A DNA stretch of 64,000 nucleotides from Eledone cirrhosa. Lineage: Eukaryota. Under the pieces are notes generated by a model. The model saw nothing but the letters and a program-made list of their open reading frames with translations, was not told the origin of the DNA and made no database searches. Of the stretch, positions 26,701 to 40,900 are shown piece by piece (position 1 is the first letter of the stretch; every line of letters begins with the position of its first letter). Where the stretch lies: NCBI GenBank assembly GCA_964016885.1, contig CAXHJY010000886.1, forward strand, positions 1 to 64,000, given 5' to 3'. The position numbers and the translations under genes are program-made.

Positions 26701-29700
26701 CATTGAATGGAATTTAACTGCTATATAAGGTTTGTTAGTAAAAGGTTTGTTAGTAAAAGGTTTGTTAGTAAAAGGTTTGTTAGTAAAAGGTTTGTTAGTA
26801 AAAGGTTTGTTAGTAAAAGGTTTGTTAGTAAAAGGTTTGTTAGTAAAAGGTTTGTTAGTAAAAGGTTTGTTAGTAAAAGGTTTGTTAGTAAAAGGTTTGT
26901 TAGTAAAAGGTTTGTTAGTAAAAGGTTTGTTAGTAAAAGGTTTGTTAGTAAAAGGTTTGTTAGTAAAAGGTTTGTTAGTAAAAGGTTTGTTAGTAAAAGG
27001 TTTGTTAGTAAAAGGTTTGTTAGTATAAGGTTTGTTAGTATAAGGTTTGTTAGTATAAGGTTTGTTAGTATAAGGTTTGTTAGTATAAGGTTTGTTAGTA
27101 TAAGGTTTGTTAGTATAAGGTTTGTTAGTATAAGGTTTGTTAGTATAAGGTTTGTTAGTATAAGGTTTGTTAGTATAAGGTTTATCACTATTTGAATATA
27201 TTCACATCCAGTTTACTCCCAGGCTTCTCATCAATTACTAACAACTTTCTATAACAATGTAAAATACAAATATCTTTGATGTTTCATACTATTTTCATCC
27301 AGAATAACTACAGACTTCATTGAGACTAGTTTCATTAAACCTTTCCATACCAAACCACTCAAAACTGCCCCTGCTTTAGTTCTACAAATCTGCTCCTTTT
27401 AAAGTGTTCATACCTGTAATGAACCCTTCATGTTAGAACTTTTGCTAAGTAGTAATGCTCCAAACATTAATTTAATAATGGAAAAAGTTTTTTTTTTTAA
27501 ATGACTCCAAATACTTGATTATTTTCAAAATTACCTGAAAACATATAGATAGTGTATCTCATTAGAAATATGGTAACAAAAGGGTTAAACTGATATGGGA
27601 GAAAGGAATTTACAGTTGACTTACCCTTTGTAAATAATGCAACAATGTTAAAAAAATCACGGAAGGAAATATAATTTTTCTTTCCAGTGTCAGCAAGACT
27701 AAACATTCGTTCAACAAATTCTGAATCAGTTTTCATGGCTAAAGCTTCTGCAAATTCAGCCTAAAATTGAAATATAAAAAAAACAACAAAAAAAAACAAG
27801 TAGTTTCATTTGAGTATTACAAGTTTCATTGGATAATGAAAGATGTTTATGGTGAAAACAGAAAAAAAGATGTTTATGGCTGTAATGCTGCTGATCATAG
27901 GTCTACTTGACCAGCACAAAACTAAGACTCAACAACAACCTCATTTGTCTGGGGTAGAATGATTTGACCCTTTTGATACCAAACTCACTAAAACTGCCCT
28001 TAGTTCTATGAAACAGGATAGTTTAGTTAGTTTAAAGTATTCATAGTTATCTAAAAACCTTTCATTGTAATTTATGTAAGAACCTTTAATATGAAAATAA
28101 GAAAATTATATTAAATATTTCCAAATTCTTTATTTTCAAAATTATCTGAAAATTATGAGTAGTGTTTTCTATAAAAAATATGGTAACGAAATGTTTAAGA
28201 TTTGTGAACCCATTACCACTTGTTTTGACTAAAAACAAACCATCTACAACACCAATAACTAACAGATAATTAACCATTCCTCTCCTTTTGATAGCCAAAA
28301 TGAGTTTATAAGGATAAGCTGTTAAGCCTATAATCTGGCAAGCATTGAAAAATGCTGTGCTTTGCTTAAAAAGTGTAATAAAAACAAAATATTTTTAAGT
28401 TTCCACTGTAATTGCCAAAAATTATAGCTTAGCACTTACAAATGTCAAGAGTTTAATTCTTACTCGAGTGCTTGGTCATTTTTCTCAGGTGGCAGACTTA
28501 TTTTGTCACCCAATTAAATACCACTATATGGCCTTTGAGTGACTTTAGCAGAGTTTATTCTCTATGGTTCAAGGATAACTTACTCTTTCCCTGCAACCAA
28601 TCTCAGAAGATCTGAAAAATTAAGAGTCATAGGCATCCCCCCTAATACCCCACATCCTGGCTAGTCTTCAAGCTAATGTTCTTTTTATTTTCTCACTGCA
28701 TGCATAATTCAGGTTTTTATTAAAATTGTAAATGAAATAAAACATACATACTTTTGACATCTCAAAGTTGAGCATGTCAGAGTTATCCATTTGTTTTTTA
28801 TCCAAATTGGGATCATAATCTAAATGAAATGCCTGAAAAATAAAAAATAAAAATTAAAGTTAAAAATTACTCTTTAAAAACATTTTCCTAATGTGATCTA
28901 ATTCTAAATAAGTGGTTGATAATAGGAAGGGTATTCTGCAGTAGAAACTATGTCAAAACCAGAATGTATGTATGTAAATGTGATGTGCTTGATATATGGA
29001 ACTGAACCACAGAACATCCAGTCCAAACTAAAGAGGTCGTGTAGGTATCACAACAAAAAAGCACCCAGTCCACATTGTAAAGTGGTTGTGTAGGTATCAC
29101 AACAAAAAAGCACCCAGTCCACATTGTAAAGTGGTCGTGTAGGTATCACAACAAAAAAGCACCCAGTCCACATTGTAAAGTGGTCGTGTAGGTATCATGA
29201 CAAAAAAGCACCCAGTCCACATTGTAAAGTGGTCGTGTAGGTATCACAACAAAAAAGCACCCAGTCCACATTGTAAAGTGGTCGTGTAGGTATCACAACA
29301 AAAAAGCACCCAGTCCACATTGTAAAGTGGTTGTGTAGGTATCACAACAAAAAAGCACCCAGTCCACATTGTAAAGTGGTTGTGTAGGTATCACAACAAA
29401 AAAGCACCCAGTCCACATTGTAAAGTGGTCGTGTAGGTATCATGACAAAAAAGCACCCAGTCCACATTGTAAAGTGGTCGTGTAGGTATCACAACAAAAA
29501 AGCACCCAGTCCACATTGTAAAGTGGTTGTGTAGGTATCACAACAAAAAAGCACCCAGTCCACATTGTAAAGTGGTCGTGTAGGTATCATGACAAAAAAG
29601 CACCCAGTCCACATTGTAAAGTGGTCGTGTAGGTATCACGACAAAAAAGCACCCAGTCCACATTGTAAAGTGGTCGTGTAGGTATCATGACAAAAAAAAG

Positions 29701-31843
29701 CACCCAGTCCACATTGTAAAGTGGTCGTGTAGGTATCATGACAAAAAAAAGCACCCAGTCCACATTGTAAAGTGGTCGTGTAGGTATCATGACACAAAAA
29801 AGCACCCAGTCCACACTGTAAATGTGGTTGGTGTTAGGAAGGGCATCCAGCCGTAACAAACCTGCCAGATACAGTCCTATATGAGCGAGATACGGTCACC
29901 TGATCAATCTTGCCTCAAGTGGGACAATTCCCATCTAACCCATGCTAGCGTGGAAGATAGACGTTAAACGATGATGATGAACCACCTTGGTTAATTCATC
30001 TCCAGTTTATTATGGAACAGATATTATCCAGCAATTATCCCAGTGCATTACTGGTACTTTATTTTATCGACTCCGTAAGGATGAAAGGCAAAGTGAACCT
30101 CGGTGGAATTTGAACTCAGACCGTAAAGGGACGTAACTCCTGCAAAGCATGGTGTCCAACTTTCTACCAATACTGCCAATCCACCTCCCATGGAACAGAT
30201 AAATAAGGGGTAGATGATTAAACTAAAATTTCTAACCTCAGAAAAAACATTTTTTAGGAATTTCTCCAAAAGCTTATTTCTCTTTTTCCTCGTAATAGCT
30301 GATGACAATAATTCTTTCTGCTTCATATAGTGCCAGGTGACTTTTTTCCCATTGTTTTTTACATCTATGTCTATTTCTTCTGAAAAGCTTAAACGGTCTT
30401 GTTCAGTTTTAAATTGGAGAATCTGAAAAAGAAAAAATTATGACTTACATACATTTTATATTTTATTTTTGTTTTTGTTTTTTTAAAAAGGTGCTAGGTC
30501 CTATTGGTATTAATATGGTTGGATGTCTAGATGAACCATTTAGTAAACACCTAGCACAAAGATCAATGCTATTAGAATATACAGTAACTCCATCTATTTC
30601 TGACAAATTAAGGCTCACAAATACTATAATATAAAGGCTGTGTGGAACTCAGGCATTGAGTTGAGTTTTGGAGCCTATTTTGGTATTACGTCTACTCAAA
30701 TTCCTTGTTAATAACATTAAAAATATTTGAATAATGAAACTTTCAAGGTTTTTAACATACAATTTAACTGCATTGTCCAGTGGTGTTTTGATAATATAAA
30801 ACCAATATATTCTTTTTGGCTAAAACAGAATTCCTATGATTATTTCCTATAGTCGATAAAATAAAGTACCAGTAATGCACTGGGTATTTGCTGACCTTGT
30901 GCCAAAAGGAGAAACAATTATTTCCTATAGTAACAAACTGAGGTATATCTCTAAAGTGTCAAAGAATGTCAATAATGTACTATTTTATACTGACAAGGCA
31001 GCAAACTGACAGGGGTTTTAGAGTATTGCTATATTTGGAACAGATCTCTGAACTCTGAATTCAAATCCTGTTGTGGTCAACTTCGCTTTTCATCCTATGT
31101 TGGGGCCAATAAATCAAGTACTAGTCCAAAGCAGTGGATTGGCAAAAATGTTAGGGTATTGACAGTATACCTCCATGCATCTGTCCCAGCTGTGTATGTT
31201 CTGAGTTCAAATTCAACCTTCTGTCATCAGAAAAATGATAACATGTTAAAACTGGGCCACTATCATTAAAACACCCCCAAATTCCCTTTGAGATGTAACC
31301 TCATAGGAGGCTGATGAGATCTGCACAGGTGTAAGCCATGTGTGTGGAAGTCCATTGTATGTCTTCATACATATCTTTATATTAATACTACTTAAACAAT
31401 TGATTCTGTTTGTTTATATTTTGCAGTTTAGCAAGTAAATATCAGTGGAATAAGTACCATATTTTAAAACAGACTCAATTGGCATCAGAATAAGCACCAG
31501 AGTGTAGAATACTGCATCAAAATTATCTCGTCTAACCCATACCAACAAGAAAAATGTGGATATGATAATGATCATACAAAATTTTTATACAGTGAAAGTA
31601 AAAATAATTTAAATTACTTACTAAATCATATGATCTTGGTACTTTGATGAGAAGAAATGTACAGCCACCATTGACTGACAGAGCTATTTCAATCTCATCT
31701 GAGTCTTGAAGGCAGAGAGATCGTATTTTTTTACCATTTTCATGTATGTCTAGTGTTGAATATTCCCTGAATGAAATTTCCAATGTGCTTGAAGAATCTG
31801 GGTATTCAATCCATTCCAAAACTATTTAAAATGAAATATAAAT

Positions 31844-31901
<58 letters not shown>

Positions 31902-34900
31902 TAACTATGATAGACAAAACAAATTAATGTAGAAATTATAACTGTAAAACTATTATCTCATATCCAGTAATTCACACTCAGCTTTCATGTCATATGTTAT
32001 CACGATATTTTGCTTTTTTGCAAACTAGCAATGAAAGGCTATAAATATAGACTTTCATAATAAATGCATACATTAATTATTTTAATCTTTTATCTTTATA
32101 AACATTTTTATCACACAGGGCTCAGGTGTTTATAAAAATGTTTTTCTCCTCATTTGTTGACAATATTCTTTAGTAAATTGGCAGATAAAATGAAGCGTCA
32201 GTCAAATATTGAGATAGAAAGCAAATTAGTCGCCATTAGAACATTGAAAAGAATACTTTGTGGTATGTTTTTTATGAGCTCTGAATTCAAATTCCATCAA
32301 GTTCAACTTTATCAACATCAGAGGATGAAAAACAAGTACCAGACTCAGGGCAATAGCTTGACATTGGATGGGATACCTTCCAGTATCTATTCAACATGTG
32401 CATTCTGGATTCAAATACAGCCTCCTATCACATTAATATTTCTACCAGAAGTTGTAACAATAGAAACAGTTTCCTTGATCTGATCTGGAAAATAGGCTTC
32501 TTTCCTTTCAATAAACAATTGAGTTTGTCATGCCCTCATATGTTTTAAATAACTCCATAAAAGCTTATTTTTCATATTATTCCATTCTCACTAATAAATA
32601 TTCAATCATTACCTCTGTAGATATGTTGAGCTGAATTTTGAGAACACTGAAATGATTTTAAAGATTTGTCTAATTCATTTTTCAGTTTATTTGTATAAGA
32701 TCTTTTGTACCATCCCAATGTGTAGGTAAGCAGAAGAAATACTGAAAAAGATTTCAAAATCAAAATTAGTTTAAGAAAACAATTTAAATAATTATTCATT
32801 GTAAAGTTTTGTTAAACATGTCTCAGTCTCCATAAGACATTGAACATTCCTAAAATATATACGATGCATATTCCTGTATAAGCCATACTGGTAGATGCAC
32901 AACACCTCTATTTTACCTAAAACATTCTTGGCTCAATACTTGACTTGCATATAAGGTTTTACAGGTTTTGTACTGGATCTAATCACTATCATGGGCAAGT
33001 GTCTTAATTTAAAAAAAAAAGTGATTCAATTAATTTACCTGAAAAAGTTACCTTAAATTTGCAACAGAAAATAAATATTTGTCCATATTTTGTATCAAAG
33101 TCTATAAAAAGTAAAAAATATTCATACTTGTTTCTACATTTTGGCACAAGGCCAGCAATTACCCAGTGCATTATTGGTACTTTATTTTATCGACCCCGTA
33201 AGGATGAAAGGCAAAGTTAACCTCGGCAGGATTTGAACTCAGAATGGCAAGGGCCGTAACTATGCGTCAAAGCATGTCATCCGGCCCTTTACTGATACTG
33301 CCAATCCAAAAATATTCATAATGAACCATAAAATGTTTTTTAAGGTTGTAAAGCTACTGTTACTCATTGGAGAATAATAGAATATTAAGGGATTAGAAAT
33401 AGATTTAAATCAATTCAAAATATCATGACTCCACAATATTCATGTTTTAACTATCCAATTTTGTTGATTAACAAATTTCAATAATTATTTGTATTTCTAT
33501 TTGATTGAATTTCATATTTGTATTTCTTGCAGTATAGATTATCTAGGTAAATGTTATTTATCACAAAGTTTCTTAAACATCAACAGTCTAGACTGATCGA
33601 GCAGATGTGTGATCAGAGGCATTCAAGCCATAAATGTTCGGTTTTGTTTTCAAGAATAATCTGCTCTGAACCACATAATTTAATATGTAAAATAATATAG
33701 CATGATTTGAGGGAGGTTTGGCTGATAGTTCTAGTTGGTCGAGTGACTCTAGAACATTCTATTGTTAGTTTTGTGCCTAAAGTGTAAAAAGAATATAAAA
33801 TATAAAAGTTACTTACTGCCAGGAATAAATGCAATGCCAATCCATGTGGCAATGAAAGAAACTTCACTTCCAGAGAAAAAGTCAAAACCATGTAAATCAG
33901 GACATGCTTCTAGCACTGTCATATTAATTGGTAAACTTGGACATTGCTTAGCTGAAACAAAATAGTTTAAATTATTATTATACATTGACAATAGGACAAT
34001 GAATTAATGAATATGAGCTTATCTTTCTATTTTGTCTTATTTCTAATTCTACGTTCTGATGAAGGACTAGTCTCCAAAATGTTAAGACTCTTTTCCTGCC
34101 TGTTATTTCAAGTGTTAAACTAATATATTTTTTCAATGTACTGTATTGTTGCTTTGTTATTTCTGTTTACTTTCTACACAGAGGGGGGGGGGGGTCATAC
34201 TGGTGTCACAACAAAAATTACTCCCAGTCCATCATGTAAGGTGGTCATACTGTTGCCATGATAAAAAGCCCCCAGTCCACCATATAAGGTGATAGTACTG
34301 GTGCCACAACAAAAAGCACCCAGTCTATCCCATAAGGTGGTAGTAGTGGTACCACAAAAGCTTCTAATAATTTTTCAAGCAGCAGACATCATATTACTGC
34401 AGTCTCTGTATGAACAATTTATTATCAGCAGTGACTATAACCCCATTTACACCAACCAAACCTATTCCTGTGACTAACACAAATTTATTTTAAAATACTA
34501 GGATGCTATCCTGTATAACAAAGAAAAATCTTTGCAATTACCATTAGCCCCAAACAAATCTCTCATGTACCATTTGATTGTACCAATATAAATGTAATAG
34601 ACAAAAGCAGTTAAATGGTGTGCCCCAGCACGGCTGCAGATCATTGCCTGAAACATTAATAAAATAACTGCTTAATATGATCTTTTCCCAAAATACTTAG
34701 GATAACCATTAAGAGATAAAGGCTGAAATCCTAACAATCTGTTAATAAATTATCTTGTCTCAGTCTCTTCGAAAAGAAAATATGATTATATTAATCTATA
34801 GAAAATATAGAAAAATATATGGTAGTACATGGCTTAGTGGTTAGTGGTTAGGGTGTTCAGCTCATGATTATAAGCGAGTGAGATTCATTCTCAGCAGTGC

Positions 34901-37900
34901 ATTGTGTCCTTGAGCAAGGCACTTTATTTTGCATTACTCCAGTTCACTCAGCTAGAAGAAATTAGTTGTACTTGTAATTCAAGAGGAGAGTATTATCACA
35001 CACAGTGTCATGCTATATTCCCCTGAGGACTGTTATAAGAGTAAACATTCTTGTAGAATGCTCAATAACTTGCACATTTATTTTACAATTTTCCATTGAT
35101 CAAACAACTGGATCACTGACATAGGTCACACACACACACACAGACACACACACAATGCAAGAAAACTTAATACAGAAGCAGCATACATGTGATGAATACA
35201 TCATGCAGTTTTGGAATATTTGCAGCATGTTGAATTATATAACTCATTTTGATACTTTTGATTTCTGCAATTTCTTCCTTTGTAAATAATCTGCAAATAA
35301 AATTAACAAAAACAAAAAATAAAACAGAGGTTCTATTTACAAATATAATGGTTCTTGGACATTAAATTAGAAAAGTAGAATTCAATACAATTAACTGGGA
35401 TACAGTCTAGCTAGTTGTAAAGAGGCACCATTAGTCTTGATCTGAGCTTGATCTGAGCTGATTTTTTTAAATATCGCTTCAGAGAAAGAAAGGTTACAAT
35501 CATGTCCTTTTTCAGGTTTCTCAGACTGGCAGGAGTAGAAAGGAAATTATTCTCTGTTAAGGGTTTTTAATGGCTTTGTAGTTGTGTTAAATGAGGTAAC
35601 AGATAAAGTCTATGACTCAAAAGCATACACAGTTCACTCAAGGAACTTCTATGCAATTTCCATCTTGACCAATTTCACTTGCAAGGATGGTTTGACCCAA
35701 AGTTATGGTAGAAGCTACTTGCCCTCTAGCATCTCATAGCAAAGCCAGCTTCTTCACCACATGGCCATGCCTACTGAATTTAAGTATGTTACGTGAAGAG
35801 ATACTTCTGTGCTTCAATTGGGTTATGGGAATCAAATAGCAAAATAGACATAGATCAATACTCTCAATAAATTTTTATTTCCAATTAATAAATCCTGCAA
35901 GATAAATTGTCTCATCCTTAATTTAGGTATTAACTCATCCAATTTCCAGCTAGAAGAGGCCATGGTTGTATTAATCTGTATTTCCCTTTGACATTTCATA
36001 TCTAGCAATTCAAAACACTGTTTTACCACTTAGTCAACGAAGGATGAGTAGTACTCAATATTCATTTTTTTCAGAACCTCTGAGACTGGTGGGAAGGGAA
36101 GAAGGAAGTTATCCTCAAATTGGAAATCTGGTTTGAATACTTGCAACAGAATCAACTCCACTAAAGGCACTCAAGAGCTGGAAAACTACAAGACTCCCAT
36201 CCAACCAATTGAAAATTCTATTAATCCATTGTCATAAAATAATTCTTATTGGCAACATGACCCTCCGAAAGTGTAACAATAATTCTTATTTTATTAAACC
36301 CAATTGGATAAAAGGCAAAGTTGACCTCAATGGGATTTGAACTCAAAACACAGCTGGAACAAATACCATAAGACAATTGGTCCTATGCTGTAAATTTCTC
36401 ACATGAAATATAAACTCTAAATAAATACTTGAAATTTTATATAAAATCTTGGCCAGTATGGTTGTGCAATAGAGAGTATGTGCAACCTGATAATAAATGA
36501 TTGGGGTAATCACAATACGTTATTTATTCAACAGAAAATGCTTTAACAAAACTTTAAAATATCTCCAGATATCACATCTTTCCCTTGGCAAACACACACA
36601 TCACTGAACTTTTAAAACCTCTTTTACCCATTGTGCATATTTTCAAACCAAAATCTATCTCCATCTCTCAGTCGTAACAGCTGTTCTTTCGTCAGAACTC
36701 TTATTAGTTCTCCTGGTCCACTTGCAGTAGTTTCCATCAGAGCTCCAGTAAATATATCAATGTTATCTAAAGATTTATGCACTGATTTCATCATTTGTAT
36801 AATCTGAAAATAAGCAATATCATGAAAGTAAGTAACATAATATACATATATTGACAACATACAAAATATTGTGTTAAATATTATCTATATGATTAGTAAA
36901 ATTATGTGAAATGGTCTCAATTGAGACTTTCAATTAATTCAGGATAGTGGAATAGTAGAAATGGTTAGCCTATCAAAAAAACAGGAATTATGAAAGTGAT
37001 TGGGTGAGAGGAGTGATGGAAATAAATATGAAAGGAAATAGAAAATGGATAAAATTAAAGCCAGAGAGTGAGAAATGGAGATAGCGGGAAATGGAGAAGT
37101 CTGTCATGGAGCTTGTAATACTAATCTCACTTCAGCAGAAATCTTAAAATGTTTTTTGTTGTTGGATCCCAGAAATGGAGTGTGTAAATCATATAAAATA
37201 ACCAAATTTCATACCTTTGGATTAGATTTAGCTAATTCTGGATTAATATCTTCCCAAGATTCAATTTTTTTCATTCCAAGTGCAACTCTCGCAGAATTGT
37301 AATCAGGAAGTCCATAATCACGTCCTTTCATTATAATCTGGACAACTCTGTCTTGTATATTGTAATAGAGGGTACCACGATTCCGCCCTAAAACAATTAC
37401 CATTAGCAAATTAATTTTTTTTTCCCTTTATATGAATAAATGTTTGAAATAGTAATGTTCCTAGTTCAATCAACATTTCAAGAACTTACCAGACTTATCT
37501 GCTAGACCAATTCCTAATAAAAGTATTTCTAATCTGGTAATATGATCATTCATAGTGTTATTCTTATTGTTCTTACTGACTATAAAACCCCAATAATACA
37601 CAAAACTATCAACCACTTCATCCAGAAGTTAAGACCTAGATATTCTAGATATATCAATGAACCTAGGAATTCTATCTTTCTTCTTCTTCACCCTCTTATT
37701 CCTGAGAGGGTCATAGGGGCAGAGTCCTCAAACACTCCTTTCAATGGTTCCTGCCAGAAGCAACCATCTCCAATTGATCCGAAGTTCGTAGATGTTATAC
37801 AACCATCTTAAGGGTCTATGAGCGCTTCAATTTTGTGCTGGATTTGTGTTAAGAGAGGGGCTGACATGTCAACTTATCACCATCTAGTTATCTTCAACTT

Positions 37901-40900
37901 GAGACTACCCCAAAGCCATAGAAGCCCACAAAGATGTATGAACAGAAATTTCCTATGACTAAAAATTAGACTTTAGTCACTGGTTTGATTTTTCATAAAA
38001 CAGTTTGTCAGTTTCAATGATGAACACTCAGTTGGTCAAACAACCAAATGTTTAAATTAATGGGTAAGTGACCAACAATGGAATGGTTGCTGCACAATAT
38101 CGAATCGTCCTAGGTTGAGCAGCTTTCAACAAGAACAACGTAGTACTAACGAGTCTCCTATCATTGGAAGGTTAAGATCTTTGATACTTACATCCTACCA
38201 GTTGTGTTATATGGTTTTGACTATGTTAATTGAACGACAAGGTCACTTCAAAAGCTCTCTACATTCCAAAACCATATAATGAGACTTATGACTAGCAAGC
38301 GGCTCAGCGACCGTATCTGTATCAGTATCAGTGAGCTGCTCAACATTGCCAAACTTAGACCAATTACATCAATTGTCAAGTACTCAAACTATACGGCCAT
38401 ATAAAAAGATCAACTTGTGGTGTGAGTAGGTTATGCCTGAAAGGAATGTTGGCTGGTAAGAGAAGCAGAGGCCAGCAGCCAAAACGATGGCTTGACAATG
38501 TCAACTTATGGACTGGACATGATCTTTGAACCCTGCAGCTGCTGATCGAACTTTGTGGAGTGAGATAAGTTAATGTGCAGTCTGCAACTGGCGGAGTTTA
38601 GCGTCACAAGAGAGACCAAGTATTCAACAGACAAATATATCCTTAATGTAATCCCCAAGCTGAATCAACATAACACAATATGTTGAATTACAATAATTTG
38701 AACTACAGATACAGTCCAGCCAATGGACTTCATAGAGATTCTGCTTGTTCAAGATGCCATGCAGTGGTATCAAACCTGAGATTTCATAATTACAGAGTGA
38801 ACCTATTAACCCACCAACAATGACAGCAACAAGAAGGAACAATACATATTGGGAAATTAAAAATAAGAATTCTTGAATTGCTTCTCTCTCAATACAGTTT
38901 TAGAAACTAGAGTACAATATTCTAACAAAAACACATTAAATATTATAAAATCACAATTAAAAGTTATGGAAACCTTTAGTTTATATTTTAGTTACAAATT
39001 TGATATTTTGCTACTTCTACATGCATGTATACATGCATGCATATATGTGTGTATCTTTGTGTGTCTTAAGAGGTAATTAAAACATCTGGTACCAGGAAAA
39101 GTATCTGGCCAAAATAAAAAAAAGACCCTATGGTGAGTATAAAGCCTGTCATAAAACCTGCAAGGTTATTTCAAGCTTCTGTGAGGAAAAAAATTGCCTT
39201 AAAATGCTTGCTATTGTTTTGTATATGGAAAATAGAGAACGTTAAACATTTAAAATACTTTTAAAGTACTTACCTTTAAAATCTTCAACAATAATCATGT
39301 CATCAGCTTCAGCTGGTTGGGAAATCATGCCATAAAGAAATTCCTTAAAGGCAGATTCATATTCAATCATATAATCCTAACAGAATAAAGTAAATAAATG
39401 ATTGATTATCATGATTTCAAAGTTAAATTCTTATGTGTTTCAAGTTATAGCCACAAGCATAACTTTGTGGTTAAAGAGTTCACTTTACAGCTATATGATT
39501 TCTTGTTCGATCTCACTCTATAGCACTGAAAATTTTAAAGTGAAATTTTGTAGATAGATACTAACAAAGGACGACCTAACCACCACTGTCAGGTAACACA
39601 GCTCAAGGCTGCCACTCTTAAAGGAAGATCCAGAGAACTTGTTGAATTACTTGAGAGGAGACAAGTGAATATATGCAGTGTTGAAGAGATAAGATGTGAG
39701 GCATCTCTGCAGATACAAGATTTTTAAGATGATTAATGAGGATGGGGTGGGTAGAATAGTCATTCTACTAGCTGAGAAGTGGATAAATAAGGTGATCGGT
39801 AGAATAGGCAATAGAATTATCAAACTCAGAATAGTCTTAGGTAATAGAATGATGACAATTATCTCTAAGTTAAGCACCACAGGCAGGACTAATTAATGAA
39901 TAAAAGAATAGCTTCTATGAGGAACTTTTATTGACTACCTCAGTTACAGATATCAGAGACTTCATCATCCTAGCTGGCAACTTCAATGGACTTGTTGGAT
40001 AGCACCTGGATGGCTACACTGGAGTACATGGTGGATATGAAGAGGACATGAGACTCCTAGAATTCTGTGATGTGAATGAACTAACTATTTGCAACCTGCC
40101 AGCCACACAATTACCTGTCAATCAGGCAAATGCACAAACCAGATTAATTCTTTACTTGTTAAAAAATATAATTGGCAGATAATTATGAATGCTTAGTCCA
40201 TCCCCAAAGAAGAATGCACCACACAATATAAGTTGGATATTAGTGACCACAGAATAACATAAGACAAAACACATGCAGAAAAATCAGGAGAAAAGGAGTA
40301 TAGAAATAAATGGACCTGCCTGTTAAATTCATTTTACGTCCGCTTTTTCCCTGCTTGCAAGGGTGGGACGGGAACTGATTCTGGCTTGATTTCTACAGCT
40401 GGATGCCCTTCCTAACACCAACCTCATTTACAGTGAGTGTTGGGTGCTTTTTTGCCGTGGCACCTCCACGACCACTTTGCAGTGGAATGATAGGGACCCC
40501 AGTCCCTATCATCTCATTTCTACAGCTGAGTAAACTGGAGCAATGTGAAATAAAGTGTCTTGCTCAAGGAAACAACACATCAACCGGTCTGAGAATTGAA
40601 CTCACAACCTTTCGATTGCAAGGCCAATGCTCTAACCACTAAGCCATGTGATGCATAAATCAAGAGAGATGAGGAATTAGATACATATGACAGAAAACAA
40701 TTAGAAGTTTCTGTGAGAGAACCTACTGTTAAAACATGGCTGGAGCAAAATACCAGCCAGGCAGAGAGTGACATGATGATGGGAGCACTGTGGATAGAGC
40801 TGTTAAAGAAAAGAGACAGGCATGGAAATACTGGAAAAATAGGGACAGCAAAGATCAAATAGCTAAAGGAGAAGCTAGATGACAGGTATACATAGTATGC

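Noticed and set aside
26707-27195. (RFVSK)n and (LLTNL)n repeat proteins
   Set aside because: They come from an intronic 15-bp minisatellite with no splice or homology support.
29034-29830. CRISPR-like regular array (also 52888-53599)
   Set aside because: The units are contiguous with no unique spacers, there are no cas genes, and the context is a eukaryotic intron.
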